Source: Candidatus Parcubacteria bacterium (GTDB lineage Bacteria > Patescibacteriota > Minisyncoccia > Phycocordibacterales > CAIZLB01). From it: a DNA stretch of 31,773 nucleotides. Under the pieces are notes generated by a model. That model made no database searches and was not told the origin of the DNA. It was given only the letters and a program-made list of their open reading frames with translations. Shown here piece after piece: positions 26,568 to 31,773 of this stretch. The position numbers and the translations under genes were made by a program. The DNA is taken from contig JBDKKY010000009.1 in NCBI GenBank assembly GCA_039795875.1, positions 1 to 31,773 on the forward strand. The letters run 5' to 3'. Position 1 is the stretch's first letter; every line of letters begins with the position of its first letter.

Positions 26568-27875
26568 ATGACTAAATCTAGAATCGTTCTGGCCCTTATC
26601 CTGATCGGGATAATTGCCTTCATCGAGTTCGTTATACTCACTCCTACCGATCAACTCATCAGCCCCAAGATGGGGATCAATCAGGTCAACGGTGATGATC
26701 TTGACGGCTTGAAGCTGCGAAGCTTGCAAGAAGCCAAGAACACCGTCACGTTGATCTGTGGTACGCTCTACGGGCTTGTCGCCCTGTGGCTGTTCAAGCC
26801 GCTGATTTTGCGGCTGTGGAAATCTGGCAACAAAGCACCAGTCACCAATCTGATTCTGATTGGTTTGGCTTCGACCACGATGGTCAGCTGTATGAAGCCG
26901 TACGACAAACCTGAGTACGTCGAGATCAACAACAATGAAACCGCTTTCGTGTTTCCGCTTGAGGGTGACACGAAAGAGCAGGCCAAGTTCCAGAGCAAGG
27001 AACACCTGCAGCAAGCCAAAGTGGCTGCTAAACGTATTCAGATCACGCACCGGTGGAATCAAACCGCCCGTGGCGAAAGCAACGGCGAGTGGATACCTTC
27101 CATTCGTGTGATCAAAGTTGACCGCTCGCCAGTGACTCGTAACTGGCAAGCTGCGGCCGGTGGTGCCCAAACCAAAGGACAAGAGAAAGATACGGCCATC
27201 TGGGTCGAGTCTGCCGACAGCGTCGGCTTCTCCATGGGCTTTGCCTGTACCGCGTATGTGACGGAAGAAGATTCCGCTACGTTTCTGTATTGGTATCCGA
27301 GTGGTAGCCTGGCTATCGTGATGGACACCGAGATCAGGGCTCGCATACAGCAAGGTGCTGCCGAGGTCTCTGCTAAGTACCCGCTGGATATTCTTCGCGG
27401 GAAAAAGCAGGAGATCATAGACAGTATTCGTACTGATGTGACGGTGTTCTTCAAAGAGCGCGGTATCACGATCACCACTGTTGGTATGTTCGGCGGTATG
27501 ACGTACGAAAACACGAAGATACAGGAGGCCATAGACTCCGTCTTCATTGCTCAGCAGGAAAAAGAAAAAGCCAAGGCGGCTTTCGAGGCTCAGGAAAAGC
27601 TGAACGCTACTGTCACGCTGGCGGCGCAAGCTCAAGCTGACAAAAAACGCATCGAGGCTGAAGGTGAAGCCAAAGCCATCGATGCGGTGCAAAAAGCGTT
27701 GCAACAAGCTGGACCTCTGTACATTCAGCGCGAGTTCATTACGCGCTGGGACGGCAAGTTCCCTGAGTACTACCTGGGAGGCGGTGCTGGTGGCCCCTCT
27801 CTGCTCCTCGGAGTTCCTGCTCCGACACCAGGCAAGGTGGAACACTCCACTGAGCCTACCCCTACTAAGAACTGA
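26568..27875 (+). CDS. SPFH/band-7 (HflK/C-, flotillin-like) membrane protein, GC-rich
   Basis: It has an N-terminal TM helix and an SPFH-like core. A Glu/Ala/Lys coiled-coil follows (QQEKEKAKAAFEAQEKLNATVTLAAQAQADKKRIEAEGEAKAI), as in HflK/HflC. The Gly/Pro-rich C-terminus is GC-rich. Confidence 0.6.
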   Translation: MTKSRIVLALILIGIIAFIEFVILTPTDQLISPKMGINQVNGDDLDGLKLRSLQEAKNTVTLICGTLYGLVALWLFKPLILRLWKSGNKAPVTNLILIGLASTTMVSCMKPYDKPEYVEINNNETAFVFPLEGDTKEQAKFQSKEHLQQAKVAAKRIQITHRWNQTARGESNGEWIPSIRVIKVDRSPVTRNWQAAAGGAQTKGQEKDTAIWVESADSVGFSMGFACTAYVTEEDSATFLYWYPSGSLAIVMDTEIRARIQQGAAEVSAKYPLDILRGKKQEIIDSIRTDVTVFFKERGITITTVGMFGGMTYENTKIQEAIDSVFIAQQEKEKAKAAFEAQEKLNATVTLAAQAQADKKRIEAEGEAKAIDAVQKALQQAGPLYIQREFITRWDGKFPEYYLGGGAGGPSLLLGVPAPTPGKVEHSTEPTPTKN

Positions 27876-27911
27876 GGTTCTCTGAGGGAGATGCATTGAG
27901 TGCATCATCGG

Positions 27912-27946
27912 GCGTTCGGTCAGCAATGACCGGACGCTTTTTTATT
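27912..27946 (+). terminator. Rho-independent terminator with GCAA tetraloop
   Basis: The 11-bp stem gcgttcggtca / tgaccggacgc (one G-U pair) and GCAA loop are followed by TTTTTTATTT. Confidence 0.7.
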
Positions 27947-27958
27947 TCCGTAAACATA

Positions 27959-28435
27959 CTATTCTCCATCAAATGCCTTCTGCAATGCCGATACATCAAT
28001 CTTTACCATCTTCATCATCGCCTGCATCACTCGGGCTGATTGTTCAGGTGTGCCCTTACTCATCAGCTCAGGCAATTGTTGTGGTACAACTTGCCATGAC
28101 AGGCCGAATTTATCTTTTAACCAACCACATTGTGATTCTTGTCCACCGTCGGCTAAAAGTTTTTCCCAATAATAATCAACCTCAGTTTGGTCTTTGCAAT
28201 CGACCATAAAAGAGATAGATTCGTTAAATTTGAACATCGGGCCGGCATTCATAGCTGTGAACTTTGATCCGTCAAGTTCGAAAGAAACAATTTGTACTGT
28301 TTGTTTTTCATCAGGACCAGTATTTTCCATTTCCTCTTGTCCTAGGATTTTGGAATTGGGAAAAATAGAAGTATATAGCTTTGCTGCCTCTAGTGCCTGC
28401 GTGTCGTACCAAAGGAAAGGGGTTACTTTTGTCAT
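27959..28435 (-). CDS. PhnB-like / 3-demethylubiquinone-9 3-methyltransferase-domain (VOC-fold) protein
   Basis: MTKVTPFLWYDTQALEAAKLYTSIFPNSKI ... DCKDQTEVDYYWEKL ... CGWLKDKFGLSWQV is the typical PF06983 pattern. Confidence 0.7.
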   Translation of the reverse strand: MTKVTPFLWYDTQALEAAKLYTSIFPNSKILGQEEMENTGPDEKQTVQIVSFELDGSKFTAMNAGPMFKFNESISFMVDCKDQTEVDYYWEKLLADGGQESQCGWLKDKFGLSWQVVPQQLPELMSKGTPEQSARVMQAMMKMVKIDVSALQKAFDGE

Positions 28436-28451
28436 GATATACTTATTATAT

Positions 28452-29027
28452 ATGACATCGCTAGAACATCAAGATTTTGGATCTGATAGAGAATTGTCCA
28501 CAGAGACTAGAGAGAAGTTAGAGTCCATGAGTAATATCCAATTGGCTTATAAACTGGCTCATCATTTGGCCTACTCATATGATGTGGGAGGACACTCTGT
28601 TGGACGCAGTCAGCGTTCCGAGTTGTTAGATATGTTTATGCATCTCAATCGGACGGAAGATGTGCCTGGAGTAGATCAATTTACATTATCTGAATATATA
28701 CAACAGGAAGCAGCAAAGAGAGATATAGGCGTGTCACCTTCTTTGCTTCATGCAGAATGCGATACACAAAATCCTAAAGTTATGTCAGCTATCGTATTAC
28801 ACGTATTGATGCGACACTATAAAGAACAAGTTGGTGTCAACGACTCTCTGGCAGCACAATCCGGAGTGAGTTCGAATGACATCAATTTTAGTTTTAAACG
28901 AGAATTGCCGATGATTACATTGATATATAACTTGTATATCAGCCAATTAGAATTTTCTGAGGCGGAGTTGAGTGGTTTGGCGGAAGGGTATACAGTAGAG
29001 GCGCTGAGGGAGATGGTTGCACAATGA
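28452..29027 (+). CDS. hypothetical protein
   Basis: I prefer the ATG at 28452 (MTSLEHQ...). The track ORF start at 28194 overlaps the convergent PhnB-like gene by 240 nt. I recognise no family. Confidence 0.45.
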   Translation: MTSLEHQDFGSDRELSTETREKLESMSNIQLAYKLAHHLAYSYDVGGHSVGRSQRSELLDMFMHLNRTEDVPGVDQFTLSEYIQQEAAKRDIGVSPSLLHAECDTQNPKVMSAIVLHVLMRHYKEQVGVNDSLAAQSGVSSNDINFSFKRELPMITLIYNLYISQLEFSEAELSGLAEGYTVEALREMVAQ

Positions 29028-29060
29028 AAATCCTTTAACAGTTCTCCAGGAATATTTGAG

Positions 29061-29459
29061 GTGTCATTTTATAAGATAAATGGTATGAATATATTCACAA
29101 TCTGGAACACCTACAAAGAAAACCTAGATAAGAGATTATCTGTGCCTGTATTTCACTCTAGAGAAATCTGGTGGTGTGCACTCGGTAAAAATATTGGTCA
29201 CGAGCAGGATGGGAAAAATGAATTATTTGAGAGACCTGTGTTGATTTTACAAAAGTTTAGTAAAGAAGTCTGTGTGGTTATACCTATTACATCTACTGAT
29301 AAAGAAGGTAAATATTATTATGAATTAGAAATGTCTGACTCTAGAGTGATATTAAGTCAGATACGGTTGATTAGTGCAAAGAGATTATTGCGCTTTATTA
29401 AAACTATATCCCGAACTGAATTTAATATAATTAAACAAAAAGTGAAAGATCTTCTGTAA
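29061..29459 (+). CDS. PemK/MazF-family endoribonuclease toxin-like protein
   Basis: REIWWCALGKNIGHEQDGKNELFERPVLIL ... VCVVIPITST aligns with Kid/PemK GEIWLVSLDPTAGHEQQGTRPVLIV ... LPVVVPVTSG, including the GHEQ motif. It has an N-terminal extension of about 30 aa. Confidence 0.6.
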   Translation: MSFYKINGMNIFTIWNTYKENLDKRLSVPVFHSREIWWCALGKNIGHEQDGKNELFERPVLILQKFSKEVCVVIPITSTDKEGKYYYELEMSDSRVILSQIRLISAKRLLRFIKTISRTEFNIIKQKVKDLL

Positions 29460-29460
29460 A

Positions 29461-29490
29461 AACGAAAACCTCCACAAAGGAGGTCTTCTC
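29461..29490. terminator. hairpin acctcc-acaaa-ggaggt, T-rich on the minus strand
   Basis: A 6-bp GC-containing stem lies between the convergent genes. On the minus strand it is followed by TTTCGTTTTT. The T-run is weak on the plus strand. Confidence 0.35.
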
Positions 29491-29564
29491 AGTTGGTACT
29501 TCCTATTGCTAGGTGACCATTTATGAATATAAGTATATCAATTTGTAATATTGAGTCAAGAGGC

Positions 29565-30044
29565 CTACTGATACAAATGATAAATATTTGTCCTCCAATG
29601 TGTTGGCTCTGGATCTTGCATTGGACCAACGAGATATTCTTCGACGGCCACTGCGTCACTCGAGTAGGTGTATCCTTTGTCAGTCAATTCTTTGGCTGTT
29701 GCCATGTGAGCGTCGCTGAGTCCGTCATATGATCCTTCCAGTACATTCAAGATGGCTTTAGTTTCTGGAAGTTCGACTAGACTCAAGGCGGCGTCATCTA
29801 CACTTTCCAGATTGGCGATCGGAAAAGCGATGGCCATGTCTGTGCTCTGTTTATCCATCATGTCCCAAGTAAAATAGATAACTGTCCATGGTCCTGTCGG
29901 AGTAAGTCCATGTGAAGTCATGTATGCTCCAAGTTGCTTACCCGCGTCTTCATACATTTGTTTGTTGCTCACTTCTGAAAGAGCGATTGATTTTTTGAGT
30001 GCCAAATATTTTTTGGCACCGAATGTTGTTTCTGTGAATGTCAT
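29565..30044 (-). CDS. GyrI-like small-molecule-binding domain protein
   Basis: The 159-aa protein shows the typical pattern (..GPW.VIYF.WD......MAIAFPI....LVELPETKAILNVLEGSY..L..A....). Confidence 0.55.
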   Translation of the reverse strand: MTFTETTFGAKKYLALKKSIALSEVSNKQMYEDAGKQLGAYMTSHGLTPTGPWTVIYFTWDMMDKQSTDMAIAFPIANLESVDDAALSLVELPETKAILNVLEGSYDGLSDAHMATAKELTDKGYTYSSDAVAVEEYLVGPMQDPEPTHWRTNIYHLYQ

Positions 30045-30053
30045 ATAGTTAGT

Positions 30054-31031
30054 ATGAATGAAAATGATATACTTGTCTATATGAAAGAGAAAGCCTTAAC
30101 AATGGCTAGATTGGGCGATTTAGAAGTAGACCCTGCTGGGTTTCAGCGTTTTGCTGCATTGAAGAAAGAGACGGCGGATTTGGAGATCTTTAGTAAAGAA
30201 GGAATGATGACGCAAGAAGGAGAGATAGATCAAGATAAAGCTTTGGCAGAATCATATGGTTTGAGTGCGGTGTTGATTGATATGGAGTGGGCATATGTAA
30301 AAAGTTTGGACAAAGATTATATAAAAGGTTTCCGTATTCCGTTTGATGAAGAATTCTGGATAGCATTTCAGAACCATTGTATGGAGATGTTGGGAGAAGG
30401 ACAAGATTATCTATTACGAAAATTGGACCGAATCATGGAGTTGGGTCCCGATAATTGGGATTCACTCCCTCGAGCGGAAAAGATTATTCTTAGGTATCTG
30501 TTTATCAAACAGCAACTTGGTGATAGAGCAGGATTTCCGTCGTTTAAAGATCTTGTCACATTCTACACTCGATTTGCAAAAGTCGCGTACGATAAATTTG
30601 AAGTGGAAAAAGGGCGAGTGATGACGCCGGAAGAATTTACTCATGTCTTACAACACCCGTCTTTCAATACTCGACTCGTGACATTGATGAATAATCACAG
30701 AGATTATGGTATTCCAGCTGTAACCACATTACATGAAGGTGGAGGAATGGGTGTTCAGGTAGATTTAAATAGAATAGATGTCTTTATGGACCCGGCATTT
30801 TTCGAAATCAGGGAAGATGGTGGTGGTCCTGTTTTGCATATTAAAGATGATTTTCTGGATCAGGTGAGAAAAGGCACAGCTGCCCACGTAGACAAATTAC
30901 ACCCCGATGCCAAACCAACAATTCTCCGTTGTCCTGTAGTATATACCGCCAAATTTCCAGAAATGGCGCAATGGATGTTTGAACAGTTGGCGTATCATTT
31001 AAACTTTGCAGGGGAGAGCGAGGAGGAGTAA
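30054..31031 (+). CDS. hypothetical protein
   Basis: The 325-aa ORF looks cytoplasmic. I recognise no domain. Confidence 0.45.
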   Translation: MNENDILVYMKEKALTMARLGDLEVDPAGFQRFAALKKETADLEIFSKEGMMTQEGEIDQDKALAESYGLSAVLIDMEWAYVKSLDKDYIKGFRIPFDEEFWIAFQNHCMEMLGEGQDYLLRKLDRIMELGPDNWDSLPRAEKIILRYLFIKQQLGDRAGFPSFKDLVTFYTRFAKVAYDKFEVEKGRVMTPEEFTHVLQHPSFNTRLVTLMNNHRDYGIPAVTTLHEGGGMGVQVDLNRIDVFMDPAFFEIREDGGGPVLHIKDDFLDQVRKGTAAHVDKLHPDAKPTILRCPVVYTAKFPEMAQWMFEQLAYHLNFAGESEEE

Positions 31032-31034
31032 GAT

Positions 31035-31773
31035 CTAGCACCCCTCAATCTTTTTCACTAGTCCACGCAAATATTGATTCTGATCTACTTTTTGTCCATA
31101 TCCTCGCGCGACTTCATATAACCTGAACAAGAAATCCAACATATCTTTGTCATGAATTTCAATAGAAACCCCATCTTTCCAATTTACCAGATAAGCCACA
31201 TTTCTAAACATCATCAATTCACTGGAAGCGTGTAAATATTTTTTATCAACGTATACCATATCAGTTGCACGGCCGATAAAACTTTTTAGAGAATTGAGAG
31301 CATTCTTTGGATCTTTTTTGGCCAGATACTGATACATCGAAGTATAATAGTCTTCCTGCAGAACTGCCTCGATAATAATTCCTTTTTCACGAATGGCATC
31401 TTGTATTGGTGTTAGATCTTTTTGCCATTGTAGATTTTTCATCACATTCAACATAGAAAATGTTGGCTGAATGCCGTATACACGTTCGCCAGGTTTCAGA
31501 CGTGCCACTTTTTCAAAAACAGAATATACAGCTTTGATATCTCTGTGAACAATAAAACCAGAATTCTCTTTTGCCACCTGCACAGTTCCTTTATGTGTCA
31601 CCGAGGCCAGATTGGATAAATTGGTGGCAATAGATTCTGCTGATTCAATACTCCAATATCGTCGTCGTCCTTCTCGTACAAAATCAATCAACCCTCTTTT
31701 TTTAAGAATGTTCAAAACAGGGTAGAGGGTCATGCGGGGGATACGAGTGGCTCGAACGATATAAGCGATGATG
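31035..31773 (-). CDS. HTH (TrmB/winged-helix type) regulator, 5'-truncated by window edge
   Basis: The frame stays open beyond 31733 to the window end (..IIAYIVRATRIPRMTLYPVLNILKKRGLIDFVREGRRRYW is a winged-helix recognition helix plus wing). A C-terminal domain of about 200 aa follows. Confidence 0.55.
   Translation of the reverse strand, partial: IIAYIVRATRIPRMTLYPVLNILKKRGLIDFVREGRRRYWSIESAESIATNLSNLASVTHKGTVQVAKENSGFIVHRDIKAVYSVFEKVARLKPGERVYGIQPTFSMLNVMKNLQWQKDLTPIQDAIREKGIIIEAVLQEDYYTSMYQYLAKKDPKNALNSLKSFIGRATDMVYVDKKYLHASSELMMFRNVAYLVNWKDGVSIEIHDKDMLDFLFRLYEVARGYGQKVDQNQYLRGLVKKIEGC

Noticed and set aside
26337-27926. 529-aa ORF on the minus strand spanning the whole SPFH gene
   Set aside because: It is antisense to a gene with a recognisable SPFH/coiled-coil architecture and an N-terminal TM helix. 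Its translation is Arg/Ser/Leu-rich and low-complexity, as expected from the reverse frame of GC-rich coding DNA.
28194-28451. N-terminal 86 aa of track ORF 28194..29027
   Set aside because: This part overlaps the convergent PhnB-like gene by about 240 nt. An in-frame ATG at 28452 gives a non-overlapping start.
1-31773. Alternative genetic code (UGA recoding, as in some CPR lineages)
   Set aside because: Long ORFs, including the 1432-aa gene, are uninterrupted under the standard code. All confidently called genes terminate with TAA, TAG or TGA in expected positions.
1-31773. tRNA, rRNA and CRISPR arrays
   Set aside because: No intergenic region shows tRNA cloverleaf signatures (the T-loop GTTCRANYC with acceptor pairing). 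No regularly spaced short direct repeats are present. The only tandem repeats are in-frame inside the fibre gene.

Overview
The window reads as one low-GC (roughly 38-45 % GC) bacterial chromosome segment using the standard genetic code. Long ORFs are not broken by in-frame TGA. Genes are short and tightly packed, with 4-bp ATGA-type overlaps and several Rho-independent terminators.

Positions 1-4200 carry a compact cell-wall (dcw-type) cluster: a partial PBP5-like D-Ala-D-Ala carboxypeptidase, mraY, a SEDS ftsW/rodA gene and murG. A small DUF378 membrane protein and a clean terminator follow.

Next is a 4.3-kb gene for a giant (1432 aa) Gly/Thr/Ser-rich, tail-fibre-like surface protein. It contains internal 113-aa repeats, including a recent 2 x 339 bp tandem duplication, and a C-terminal phage-type intramolecular-chaperone (peptidase S74) auto-cleavage domain.

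The remainder is an accessory-looking mosaic. It holds hpf, a VOC enzyme, and a divergent two-component module made of a stand-alone receiver, a Met/His-rich polytopic membrane protein and an intramembrane-type histidine kinase. Further genes are PepF, an ASCH/DUF3850 protein, DUF4230, a small SET-domain protein co-transcribed with a NUDIX hydrolase, a histidine phosphatase, a PG-binding secreted protein, TspO, two TrmB-type HTH regulators, an SPFH/band-7 protein, a PhnB-like protein, a MazF/PemK-like toxin and a GyrI-like protein.

At least seven single genes, including cytidylate kinase, plus one non-coding stretch are sharply GC-rich (about 55-60 %) against the AT-rich backbone. Each GC-rich gene sits between native-looking AT-rich promoters and terminators. 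I found no rRNA, tRNA or CRISPR array.
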